IMG/VR virus record: IMGVR_UViG_3300031994_000001
Span: 311,799-375,798 of that record
Strand: one strand, 5' to 3'
DNA length: 64,000 bases
DNA from: a virus
Lineage: Duplodnaviria; Heunggongvirae; Uroviricota; Caudoviricetes
This document shows positions 39,553 through 48,910 of this stretch, in pieces (the first letter of the stretch is position 1; each line of letters opens with the position of its first letter). The notes below the pieces were generated by a model that was not told where the DNA came from, made no database searches, and saw only the letters and a list, made by a program, of their open reading frames with translations. The position numbers were made by a program, and so were the translations under genes.

Positions 39553-39630
39553 ATTTTATTGTGTTTTTTATTATATTATATCTGAACACGCAATTTATTT
39601 TTGCAGCGTAATCAATATATTTATACAAAT

Positions 39631-40047
39631 ATGGAAAGACTATACACATTACCCGAAGATTCAAACCGTCTGATAGCGGGCGGGTTGTCACCCGAAACGT
39701 CTGACGGATGGGTGAATGAACGGAACGATTTTGAATCTCGCAAAAGCCAAACATCCATTGCGAGAAGTTGGAGCGTTGCCAAACTGCTTGACCTTATGCC
39801 GCCGTTTATCAGAGTAGGAAAAGACGACTACGGGTTCACCCATTGGAAGTGCGCCGTGAACACAGAGGACGGGTTGGAAATCCAAGAAGGCATATCGTAC
39901 CACAGCGAAACCGCCGAACTGCGTGGCGACTTCGTTGGGTTCTCAACAACAACTGAAAAATGCACATTCCTCGAATGCTGCGTCAAGATGATGTGTTGGA
40001 TTAACAGCCAACACAAAATCAGAATCGAAGCGGCGTTGAACATATAG
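39631..40047 (+). CDS. hypothetical protein
   Basis: S.RL...GL.PETSD, WS...LLDLMP; TATTTTTG at about 39596 and TTTATTATA at 39567 upstream. Confidence 0.7.
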   Translation: MERLYTLPEDSNRLIAGGLSPETSDGWVNERNDFESRKSQTSIARSWSVAKLLDLMPPFIRVGKDDYGFTHWKCAVNTEDGLEIQEGISYHSETAELRGDFVGFSTTTEKCTFLECCVKMMCWINSQHKIRIEAALNI

Positions 40048-40075
40048 ACTCTCTTGACTGCCGCCCCGAAGACAA

Positions 40076-40108
40076 GAAAGCCCTGCCGATTGGCAGGGTT
40101 TTCTTTTT
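40076..40108. terminator. bidirectional terminator
   Basis: GAAAGCCCTGCC-gatt-GGCAGGGTTTTC. Confidence 0.8.
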
Positions 40109-40128
40109 AGTTCACAGCGAGATTACTG

Positions 40129-40536
40129 CTAAATCGCTTCGGCACGTTTCTTCTCTATGATAGCCATAAGTTCCTCTTTTGTGCTGAAATATTCATCTTC
40201 ATAGTGGAACTCAATCGGGTTGTAGTCCATTTCGATTCTTTCGGACTCTTCCTCGGTTATGTCACCGTTATCAACAAGGCTTTTGATGTAAGTGTCGAAA
40301 ATAGACCAATAGTATTGACGCGCTATTTTCCTCATATCGTCAATTCCGATTTCGCTCATTGCGAATTTAAGGTCATCCTCGCCATAGTCCAAGTCTGGGC
40401 AAAGTTTATCGAATTTGTCCAACTCACCCATTCCCGTACACAATTGGAAGAATTCAATGTATGAATCATCCCCGAATCCTTCATTGATTCTACGGGTAGG
40501 CTGTGCCATTTCGTCAACTCTTTTAATATGTGTCAT
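40129..40536 (-). CDS. acidic hypothetical protein
   Basis: MTHIKRVDEMAQPTRRINE-G. Confidence 0.7.
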   Translation of the reverse strand: MTHIKRVDEMAQPTRRINEGFGDDSYIEFFQLCTGMGELDKFDKLCPDLDYGEDDLKFAMSEIGIDDMRKIARQYYWSIFDTYIKSLVDNGDITEEESERIEMDYNPIEFHYEDEYFSTKEELMAIIEKKRAEAI

Positions 40537-40565
40537 AATTCAATTATATGTTCTAAATATTTATG

Positions 40566-42971
40566 CTAACTGTAAAACGGGCTTTCCTTGCCTTGGTTTT
40601 TCTTGCACTCCTCGTCAAGTTCGATATAGCACTTCGACAATTGGTCGAAATTCGGGTCAACACACCATTTCAATCTCTTCTCAAATTTCTTCATAATGTT
40701 GTAGTTGTAAATAACAAGCATCAACTTGGTTTTTATAGGGATGAGTTTTGAAAGAGGTTTTGCGTTAAACTCGCCGTCCGTCAAGAAAAGCCAAACGGAA
40801 AATCTGTCCGTCTGAACATTCTTCAGTATGTAGTCAACACAGTCGGTAACACGTGTACCGCCGCCTGCCTCATTGTTTTCAACCATATCCAATACTTTTG
40901 AAATGGCTGCGCCTCTGTCCTTTTTGACATCCTCAACTTTCAAATAAACAGCGGCATTGGTATCAATGGTGGTTGCAAACGGTATAAGGGTTATGCCCGA
41001 ATATTCGAGTTTGTCGCAGCAACTGACAATGGTGTCGGCAAAAAGTTCAACGGTGTCTCGGTTGACGGAAGTTGATGTGTCAACAAACACATTGATATTC
41101 TGCGGTGCTGCGTCATTCTTCGGGTGATACGGCTGCATAATCTCGTGAGCAAGCGTTCTTTTGTTACCCCAACGAATCTTGTTTCTGTCGGCAATCTTGT
41201 GCTTTCTGTTGGCGAACATTGTGTTGGCTTCAAGGAATTTCTGTATGATTTCCTGCCACAAGTCATTGATGGTCGCCTCGCTCATCTTGATTTTGGTGAA
41301 CAGTTTGCCGAGTTCGCTTTTCGGTTTATTGCGGACAATATCGTCACGGAGTTTCTTGATTGAATCCTCGTCCATAATAGGTCTGCCGCCCAACTCGCCC
41401 ATCAAGTCTTTAACGTCTTCATCACTGAATCCGCTTCGTCTCAATGATTCGCCAAGCCTTGCATTGACATCGGACTGCTTTATCATTTCACCGACAACCT
41501 TTTGCTGTGTCGGCTCTTGACTATGATGTATTCTTGCGGTACTTTCATTCGGATTGTTCTTTCTGTTACGGTTTCTGATTTTCCGCATATCGCCGTTTGA
41601 ATAACCGTTTGGTTTCCTATGCTCACCGCGTTCACCGCCTTCACCATTGCCAGGCTCACGGTCGGAATCGTCATTTGACTCATCGCCGTTTTCACCGCTT
41701 TGCTGTTCACTTTGCTCGCCCGACTGCTGACTGCCTTGCTGATTGTTCTGACCACTTTGACTTTTCTGACCACTATTACCTGCTTCAGAAGCATCGTCAG
41801 CAAAGTCAACTGCCTTGTCTGCGGAATCCTGCGCCTTCTCATCTTCACCCTGCGCTTTCTTCGCATTGTCTTTTGCACCTTGGGTGTCACCTTTGTCGGC
41901 AGCGTCCTTTGCGGCATCAGCAGCGTCCTGCGCTTCATTGGCAGCGTCTTGTGCGTCATTGGCAGCGTCTTGCGCTTTATCAGCCGCTTTCTGTGCCTTG
42001 TCAGCCTTGGACTTCGCATTTTTATATTCCTGCGAATCCTCACCGAATTTGCGTTTAACCTTTTCAGCGTTTTCATTCGCTTGGTCTGCTATGTCCTGCG
42101 CATCATTGGCTGCTTCCTGCGCATCGTTTGCAGCGTCTTGCGCTCTGTCGGCAGCGTCCTGCGCTTCCTTCGCAGCCTCGTCAGCGTTCATATTGGAGAC
42201 ATCTTTCTTCTGATTGCCGCCGTTACCGCCTTCTCCGCCGTTGCTTTCTTTTGCTTCGTCAGCAGCATCTTTTGCGAACCAAGAGTTCATTTTGGAATCA
42301 GCCTCGGCGTTCTTTGCGTCATCAGCGTTTTCCTTTGCACTCTGCGCCGCACTCTGTGCGCCTTTGGTATCGCCGTTCTTTGCAGCCTCGCTTGCCTTTT
42401 TAGCATCGTCACGAGCCTTGTCAGCGGAATCCTGCGCTTGGTCTGCCGCGTCTTGAGCGTCATTTGCCGCTTCCTGCGCTTCGTCAGCAAGACTTTTTGC
42501 ATTCTTGTATTCCTGCGAATCCTCGCCGAACTGTGACTTCGCGGATTCAGCCTCGTTCTTTGCTGAATCGGCAGCGTTCTGTGCGCCGATAGCGGACTTA
42601 CGTGCATTGTCGGCTGACTTCTGTGCCTTGTCTGCCGACTGTTGTGCGCTTTCGGAAGCCTCCTGCGCGTTCATATCGGAAATATCCTTTTTACTACTAC
42701 TCGGACTACCTTGGTCTTGTTGTTGGTTGTCACTTTTCTCGTCAGAAGGTAGCAGGCTGTCATCACCATCAGACGAATCACCGCCCCCATTATTCTTTTG
42801 CGGAACAATGGCTCTTTCCTTGTACGTTTCGGGTTTCTTTTCCTTTGGCTGCTCACCACCCCCCATTGGAGGGGGTGTACCGCCTTTCAGTTCCCCGATA
42901 CTGTCGGAAATGCCTTGCACCAAACCATCTTCATATTTTTTGTATTCAGCGGATTCGTTTATGTATTCCAT
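40566..42971 (-). CDS. vWA (MIDAS) domain protein with long duplicated A/Q/D coiled-coil stalk (DUF2201 C-terminal-like)
   Basis: VFVDTSTSV (DxSxS), GGGT, FLTDG; two KKD.S.MNA...FGEDSQEYKNAKS modules of AQDAAND heptads. Confidence 0.82.
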   Translation of the reverse strand: MEYINESAEYKKYEDGLVQGISDSIGELKGGTPPPMGGGEQPKEKKPETYKERAIVPQKNNGGGDSSDGDDSLLPSDEKSDNQQQDQGSPSSSKKDISDMNAQEASESAQQSADKAQKSADNARKSAIGAQNAADSAKNEAESAKSQFGEDSQEYKNAKSLADEAQEAANDAQDAADQAQDSADKARDDAKKASEAAKNGDTKGAQSAAQSAKENADDAKNAEADSKMNSWFAKDAADEAKESNGGEGGNGGNQKKDVSNMNADEAAKEAQDAADRAQDAANDAQEAANDAQDIADQANENAEKVKRKFGEDSQEYKNAKSKADKAQKAADKAQDAANDAQDAANEAQDAADAAKDAADKGDTQGAKDNAKKAQGEDEKAQDSADKAVDFADDASEAGNSGQKSQSGQNNQQGSQQSGEQSEQQSGENGDESNDDSDREPGNGEGGERGEHRKPNGYSNGDMRKIRNRNRKNNPNESTARIHHSQEPTQQKVVGEMIKQSDVNARLGESLRRSGFSDEDVKDLMGELGGRPIMDEDSIKKLRDDIVRNKPKSELGKLFTKIKMSEATINDLWQEIIQKFLEANTMFANRKHKIADRNKIRWGNKRTLAHEIMQPYHPKNDAAPQNINVFVDTSTSVNRDTVELFADTIVSCCDKLEYSGITLIPFATTIDTNAAVYLKVEDVKKDRGAAISKVLDMVENNEAGGGTRVTDCVDYILKNVQTDRFSVWLFLTDGEFNAKPLSKLIPIKTKLMLVIYNYNIMKKFEKRLKWCVDPNFDQLSKCYIELDEECKKNQGKESPFYS

Positions 42972-43003
42972 ATTGATTTCTTTGATTGTTTTTAATTACG
43001 TTG

Positions 43004-43059
43004 CAAAAATACAATTTTTTTATACACGCCGCACTTTTTTATCAAAAAAGTTATCAACA
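43004..43059 (-). promoter_or_regulatory. host-type promoter with TGTTGATAA box
   Basis: minus strand TGTTGATAACTTT...TGTATTTTTGC, 48-nt spacing as at 4821/4869. Confidence 0.6.
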
Positions 43060-43078
43060 GCAAACCAATGATTGTTCA

Positions 43079-43954
43079 TTAAGCACCAAAGCGGTTTTTA
43101 AGTTCATCGGCAACTTTCTTAATGTCACCATTGTATTTTTTCATAAGCGTTTCGATTTCCTCCATTGTCTTTGTAGCATTACGCTTGTTGGACTTGTAAA
43201 GTTTTCTGATAAGTTCGCGTCCGTCACGATGTCCGTCCTTCCATTCAACTGAAGTCGGAATTTTGTCGTTCTTTTCCTTCTGCTTATCACCCTGCTGTTG
43301 CTGCTGTTGTCGCTGCTGTTTCTTTGCCTGCTTCGCGGCATACTGCTGTTTCTTTCGGTCAATGTAGAACTTATAATGCCGCATAATGGTCTCCATAGGA
43401 ATACCTATGAATTTTTCTTCATACCAACAGTCAAGATTAGGCCAGAAATCGGGCGGACAGAGATTGTCACTGACCATCATACCGTTAATCTCCAAGTCAC
43501 CTGCAATGTTCAAATCACCCCAAGTGGCAGGCGGAGTGTTCACTTCGTTGTATGCGTGCATTCTCGCTATGTGGGCGAGCATAGAGTGCATAGCCTCGTG
43601 ATACAGACATCTGAACACGTTGATTGCGCTCATTTTAAGTCCATCGTACAAAAAGCCGACATTTATCATATAAATCATTCGACTGTCAACACACATAGTG
43701 GGAGTGACATAATCGTCAAGAAGATAGATTATGGTAGCACCGCGAATGTATTTGTATTCGTATGGATGTGTATTCTTAAAGTATGCCAACGCCGTATTAA
43801 CAAGGTCAACAAAACTGCTGCCTTCAACATAAGTGCCGTCATCCATTTGGATTCTTCCAAGCGCAATAAGTTGTTCGGCATTACCGCCCTCTATATTGTT
43901 GTAACTTTCGAGGATTATCGAATACTTCGATGAATCATATACATAGTTTTTCAT
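43079..43954 (-). CDS. putative metallopeptidase (DUF2201 N-terminal-like)
   Basis: PTMCVD, IN..F, YHEAMH...H (HExxH), NIAGDLEIN. Confidence 0.8.
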   Translation of the reverse strand: MKNYVYDSSKYSIILESYNNIEGGNAEQLIALGRIQMDDGTYVEGSSFVDLVNTALAYFKNTHPYEYKYIRGATIIYLLDDYVTPTMCVDSRMIYMINVGFLYDGLKMSAINVFRCLYHEAMHSMLAHIARMHAYNEVNTPPATWGDLNIAGDLEINGMMVSDNLCPPDFWPNLDCWYEEKFIGIPMETIMRHYKFYIDRKKQQYAAKQAKKQQRQQQQQQGDKQKEKNDKIPTSVEWKDGHRDGRELIRKLYKSNKRNATKTMEEIETLMKKYNGDIKKVADELKNRFGA

Positions 43955-43972
43955 TTCGGGAAAATATTTCAA

Positions 43973-43997
43973 AACTCCCGACCGAAAGTCGGGAGTT
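43973..43997 (-). terminator. hairpin between the AAA and peptidase genes
   Basis: AACTCCCGAC-cgaaa-GTCGGGAGTT with a short T-run on the minus strand. Confidence 0.6.
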
Positions 43998-44008
43998 CGT
44001 TAAACATA

Positions 44009-46861
44009 TTAAATCATTGAGTTTGGAATGGATTTGTAGATTCCCTCCATATCAATCTCTGGGTGGTTCTTTTGAAAGTTCTTCCAAATTTCAAGATACT
44101 TCTTACTGTTCGGGTCGTCCTCTTTGTAGTTGATACCCGTGAGGTCACAATATTTGTAAACCCTTGCGATGAAATCACTTGTTGTGTTTCCGCCTTTCTT
44201 GTCGAAATTGATTTCCAAGAATCTGACAAGTTTCTCCAATTCTTCGGCAGGAATTGGTTTCTTGACACTATATCTCTTCATAATGTCGCGTTTCAAGTGG
44301 TTGGTCATAACGGAAGATTTCATTTTGTCGTCAACTTTCATAGTCGGGTCAGCCATAATGTCCTCGTATGTGTACTTGAACGAACCGCCGCTGAAGTTAT
44401 CCATATAATCCTCAACATATTCCTCTGCCGTCTTGTCGGGGAGGAACTTCTTTACGATACGCAGAAATTCCTTTTCACCAAGTTCGGTATAGGACTTGAA
44501 TCCACGAAGCCTGCAAACGCGGTTAAGTTCCTCAATACAGAACGACCAAGAACGCGGGCTGATTTGTCTTGTCTTGTTTTGTGTGGTTGATTCAGTAGGG
44601 TCAATATTGTGCCATCTTGAATTTTTATTATCAGCACCTCTTGCTTGGATATGTTCGATTGTGAAGTCGTCAAATCCGCCTTTTTCTTTCGCCCATTTAG
44701 CCCATTCGTTAAAATCTGGAACGAAATTTACTGAAACGAAACGCTGTTTCAAAGCATCGCTCAACAACTGCCAATTCTGATTCACTTGAATATCGTCAGT
44801 AGGTCTGTTTGAACAAGCCATACAATACCACTTGCTACCAAGTCTGTAACCCGAAGTGGTTTTGCGGTTCATCATAATCTGCGCGATACCGAACAATGTA
44901 TCGGGGTCTGCACGCAGGAACTCGTCAAACATCAAAATACCGCCGCCACCGTGAAACTCGCTGTCCATTTCGATTCCGTCTTTGTCATAAACGACATCAA
45001 CAGCACCGTTTGCTGTGGCATTACGAGCCTTGTCAATTTCACGGTCGCCAGTTGGTTGCCACATAGGAAGCCAACTCTTCGGAGCGTCAGTCGCGTGCGC
45101 CGAAATGTATTTTTCAAAATCAGCGTTAGTCATATTACGACCTTTCACCATTTCCTTTATGACGGGGTTGTTTTTCACGTTTTCGATGTCGGCATCCGTT
45201 ATTTTGACTGGCATAGGCATAAACAAGTCGCCCGCTTGGAGTGTTGAACAGTCAATTACTATGATTGACATCATATCCTTGCTCGTTCCGCCGCTTTCCG
45301 CTATGCGTTTGTTTGCCGCTTCAATCAAAGTGGTTGGAATTGTTGTCTTACCGATACCTGGCGCACCCCACACCAACATAGGCTTACCCGATGGACGACC
45401 ATCCATAATGATTTCGTTGATGTTGTCGTTCAAGTCAGCCTCCAACTCACTTGTGGAAACATCAACAGCGTCAATGTTCATATAGGTTTGATTGCCCTCC
45501 TTGTCGAAACTCCTCAAACCGACACGGCGTTCATTCACTTCTTTAAGGGATTCGCTGACACCCGCAGCCTTGGAAACATAGTCCAAGAATTTGAGATAAT
45601 TGTCGTATTCCCTACTTCCCTTTTCGATTTTTTCGTAATAACCGCTCTTTTCGGGATAGTTGACTGGCTTGCCGATTTCGGCATACACACCCTTAATGTT
45701 GTTTTTGTGGATGAATTCAACAATGTTCTGCGGCAAGTTAGCACCGAACATATCAAATGTCTTGCCGACAACGAATGTGAATCCGTCTTTGAGTTTTATA
45801 CCAACGCTCTTGAAAGCCTCTTTGATTTTGCCAAACGCTTTCTTGGCGAAGTCACCTATAACACCCTCGTTCACCCCGTAGTTTTCCTTGATAAACTCGG
45901 CTGTGTCCATAATGTATCTTTTGCTTTCGTCAGTATCCATAATTCCCTTATTTTTGTATGATTTCAAATTTTTCACTTTGCGTTTAACGTCCTCGGCGTT
46001 TCCGACCATCGCACTCATTTGCTTTCTTGAAATTTCGGCATCGTCAACACTCATCTGACCGATAACGGGCATATAACCGAGCATCGGGTTGATTGAAGCA
46101 CCCCAACCGTCAATCACATCCTGCTTGTCAAAATCAGAACCGATAAACATATTCTTGATATTCTCCGCGCTTGCAAGTTCCCAACCACGGATTGAATCGT
46201 TGTTGAAAGTTGATTTGTAGAACATTCCCTCGAAACTTGTTGCGTTCGACACATCCCAACCGCTCAAATCAACATTCGGCAAATCCTTGAATGCGAACAC
46301 AGCGCAGAAATTCTTAACGTCTTTCACATTGAAAATAGAGTAGGGGAGTTCGACATCCTGCGTTGTCATACCCTCCAAGTCACCTTTAAGCAACATATCG
46401 TAAACAAGGTCGGAAGCGTAGTTAATGTCACGCTTGTCGCCTTGGATATACGCATTGTCGCCACGGTTTCTCATTGCAATCTCCCAATGTGAAAGCCAAT
46501 CAGCCTGCTCGTCAGAAAGGGTTTTACCCGCAGCCGCGTTCTCGGCACGGTTCTTCCGTCTCTCATATTCGTCCATAGACTTAACGCCGTCCATATCATC
46601 GGGAATGCTGTCCTCAAGTGAATCGCCGCCCACAACGGTGTCTTTCACGTCATCGAAGAAACCCTCGTTGACCACCATTTTCGTATTCCTGCTTGCAAGC
46701 AGTTCGTTCACAGATTCGGAAATCTGCTGTGCGTTTTCAGCAAAGAACTGTTCGTAAAGTTTACGCTTTTCGGAAATAGGCAGGCTCTTGTCAACCTTGT
46801 TCCAAAAGTTTTCCCTCGCGTACTTTGAAACAATACCTATATTATAATCAAATGCGTTCAT
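44009..46861 (-). CDS. MoxR/dynein-related AAA+ ATPase with N-terminal BspA/DUF285 repeats
   Basis: LSGWDVSNATSFEGMF repeats; VWGAPGIGKT, ILMFDEFLRA, SNRP.D, AL.QRF, SPRSW. Confidence 0.85.
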   Translation of the reverse strand: MNAFDYNIGIVSKYARENFWNKVDKSLPISEKRKLYEQFFAENAQQISESVNELLASRNTKMVVNEGFFDDVKDTVVGGDSLEDSIPDDMDGVKSMDEYERRKNRAENAAAGKTLSDEQADWLSHWEIAMRNRGDNAYIQGDKRDINYASDLVYDMLLKGDLEGMTTQDVELPYSIFNVKDVKNFCAVFAFKDLPNVDLSGWDVSNATSFEGMFYKSTFNNDSIRGWELASAENIKNMFIGSDFDKQDVIDGWGASINPMLGYMPVIGQMSVDDAEISRKQMSAMVGNAEDVKRKVKNLKSYKNKGIMDTDESKRYIMDTAEFIKENYGVNEGVIGDFAKKAFGKIKEAFKSVGIKLKDGFTFVVGKTFDMFGANLPQNIVEFIHKNNIKGVYAEIGKPVNYPEKSGYYEKIEKGSREYDNYLKFLDYVSKAAGVSESLKEVNERRVGLRSFDKEGNQTYMNIDAVDVSTSELEADLNDNINEIIMDGRPSGKPMLVWGAPGIGKTTIPTTLIEAANKRIAESGGTSKDMMSIIVIDCSTLQAGDLFMPMPVKITDADIENVKNNPVIKEMVKGRNMTNADFEKYISAHATDAPKSWLPMWQPTGDREIDKARNATANGAVDVVYDKDGIEMDSEFHGGGGILMFDEFLRADPDTLFGIAQIMMNRKTTSGYRLGSKWYCMACSNRPTDDIQVNQNWQLLSDALKQRFVSVNFVPDFNEWAKWAKEKGGFDDFTIEHIQARGADNKNSRWHNIDPTESTTQNKTRQISPRSWSFCIEELNRVCRLRGFKSYTELGEKEFLRIVKKFLPDKTAEEYVEDYMDNFSGGSFKYTYEDIMADPTMKVDDKMKSSVMTNHLKRDIMKRYSVKKPIPAEELEKLVRFLEINFDKKGGNTTSDFIARVYKYCDLTGINYKEDDPNSKKYLEIWKNFQKNHPEIDMEGIYKSIPNSMI

Positions 46862-46882
46862 ATATTTTGCTTATGTTTTTTC

Positions 46883-48883
46883 TTATTCTTCGGGTATATT
46901 GATTTGTGAAATCAAGTCGTCTCTCCAATCAAGACCGTTCAAGAAACTCTCTTTCAGAGAACCGTTCACGAAAGCACGCCAAGTCAGATACTGACCGCGA
47001 CCATTTGCAAACTCTTCTTCAACAGCCTCAATAACCTCATCAACGTGTTCGGGTGGAACAGCCCAACTGTTGTCATTGTTAGCCTTGACCTCATTCAGTT
47101 TAGCCTTGACCTTTGTCCAAATCACAAGAACGGGAGGTGCGATTCTGTAAAACTTGCATCTTCCTCTGATTGCGCCCCAACTGTCACCCAACTGACTTGA
47201 AAGTTTCTTTTCGGAAAGGTTGGTGATAATAATGAACCTACTCATAATGCTCATTTCATCGGGAATCATACGCTCAACGGTCTTGACTTTATCTTCCTCA
47301 TCGTCAGATACAGTAGCACCTTTCTTGCCCTTGCTTACCTTTTTCAGCATTTCTTGTGACGGACATTCCTTCAGATACCTTTTCTTGTAGTTCACAATGC
47401 CGCCTTCCTTGCAACTTTCCATACTGTAAAAGTTACCTCTGATGACATCGCCCATATCCGAAACGGTAGGACACTTCACTATCGGGAAGTCGCCTTTCGG
47501 TTCGAGAGCCTTTTTCCAAAATCCGATTTGGAAATCGCTGTCAAACAACTTCGGGGTGTCGTCAAACACAAGCACCTTGCCGTTGTTGTTGTATATGAAG
47601 TTGTAAAGTTCCTTTGCGTTACAAGTCGTGTTGTCACGCTCGGCATAGTCCTTACCCTTCACGAGTTTCATTTCTTTCTTGATTTCATTCCAAGTCTCTG
47701 ACTTACCGATACCGCCGACACCCGAAATAAAAATGGCGGGCGCACCCGTGTCAAGGGTTTCAAGTTTTTTAACCCTTGTTCTCTTACAGAACTCAACAAG
47801 GAACTGTGTTCTCACTTTCAAATCGTCCATCTGCTTGAAATACAAGTCAACAAGTCTCTTGAACTCGCTGAAATTGTTTCCGTACATAAGATTCACGAGG
47901 CTTATGTCAATGCCACGGTACTCCGTACCGTATTCACTTGTCACACCGCTTTCAACACTGACAGTCTCGTTTGTGAGAACATTGGCGTTGATGCCGAAAA
48001 TAGGCATTGTGCATATTGCATAGACAACAGCACAATATGTATCGGGGTTGCTGCTTCTTTTGATGGGAACGCCGCAGGAAAGAATCTCACGGTATTTTCT
48101 TCCGTCAGCGTCTCCAACGCAAAGTGATTCGGCAACGTCAAGCGGTCTGAAGTCAATGGTCTTGAAATATTCAGCCAACTTACCAATACCTTCGAGTGTG
48201 ATTTTGTCACCGAGGTCGCCAGGTCTTGAAAACTTCCTGCCGCTTCCAAGTTCGCCGTTAAGCCAATCTATGATTTTCAAAGTTTTTGGATTCTTCGCGG
48301 TGTTATTCCAAACTTTCAAAATATCGTCTCTGCTAAAAGCAGCCTCGTTAATCATAGGTTCGGAATACTCAACATCCATACCCTCGTACAAGCCGTTCTT
48401 GTAACCTTCGGGATGGTTGATGATGTCGAACAAAAGGTCAAGCATACGAACCAATCCCATATTGGTAGCCTTGACTGTGTAATTGGCGTTTTGTGAATCC
48501 TGCTTCAAATCATAGTTGGTGTAATAACGAAGCACGGCAATGTTTTCGTTTCCAACGGGCGTAACTGTGACAGCCTTTCCGTCACCGTGTCCGCTCATAA
48601 TAAGAACTGTTGACACGCCGTCAATGAGTTTGAAGAAAGTGTTGTAATACGCTTTCCAACCGCAATTCTTGTTCAAAAGGCTTATAACAAGTTCAGCCAT
48701 CTTCTTCATTTTCGGATTGTCCGAAACAACAAGATTCGGATTGGCTGCAATCGGATTTGCATTGAGTTCGTCAGCAATCTTAACGGTGTCTATTTCAGAA
48801 CCGTTTGCCTCAAGAATCAGATTCTCGCTCTCAACAACAGCGTGTTTGCCTAAACGGTTTATTGATTCAGATAATTTTTTCAT
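46883..48883 (-). CDS. AAA+/P-loop ATPase with long N-terminal extension
   Basis: ISGVGGIGKS, VLVFDD, IIITN, AIRGRC; TATAAATA at 48908-48915. Confidence 0.8.
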   Translation of the reverse strand: MKKLSESINRLGKHAVVESENLILEANGSEIDTVKIADELNANPIAANPNLVVSDNPKMKKMAELVISLLNKNCGWKAYYNTFFKLIDGVSTVLIMSGHGDGKAVTVTPVGNENIAVLRYYTNYDLKQDSQNANYTVKATNMGLVRMLDLLFDIINHPEGYKNGLYEGMDVEYSEPMINEAAFSRDDILKVWNNTAKNPKTLKIIDWLNGELGSGRKFSRPGDLGDKITLEGIGKLAEYFKTIDFRPLDVAESLCVGDADGRKYREILSCGVPIKRSSNPDTYCAVVYAICTMPIFGINANVLTNETVSVESGVTSEYGTEYRGIDISLVNLMYGNNFSEFKRLVDLYFKQMDDLKVRTQFLVEFCKRTRVKKLETLDTGAPAIFISGVGGIGKSETWNEIKKEMKLVKGKDYAERDNTTCNAKELYNFIYNNNGKVLVFDDTPKLFDSDFQIGFWKKALEPKGDFPIVKCPTVSDMGDVIRGNFYSMESCKEGGIVNYKKRYLKECPSQEMLKKVSKGKKGATVSDDEEDKVKTVERMIPDEMSIMSRFIIITNLSEKKLSSQLGDSWGAIRGRCKFYRIAPPVLVIWTKVKAKLNEVKANNDNSWAVPPEHVDEVIEAVEEEFANGRGQYLTWRAFVNGSLKESFLNGLDWRDDLISQINIPEE

Positions 48884-48910
48884 ATTATATTGTATTTTCA
48901 GCAAATATAT

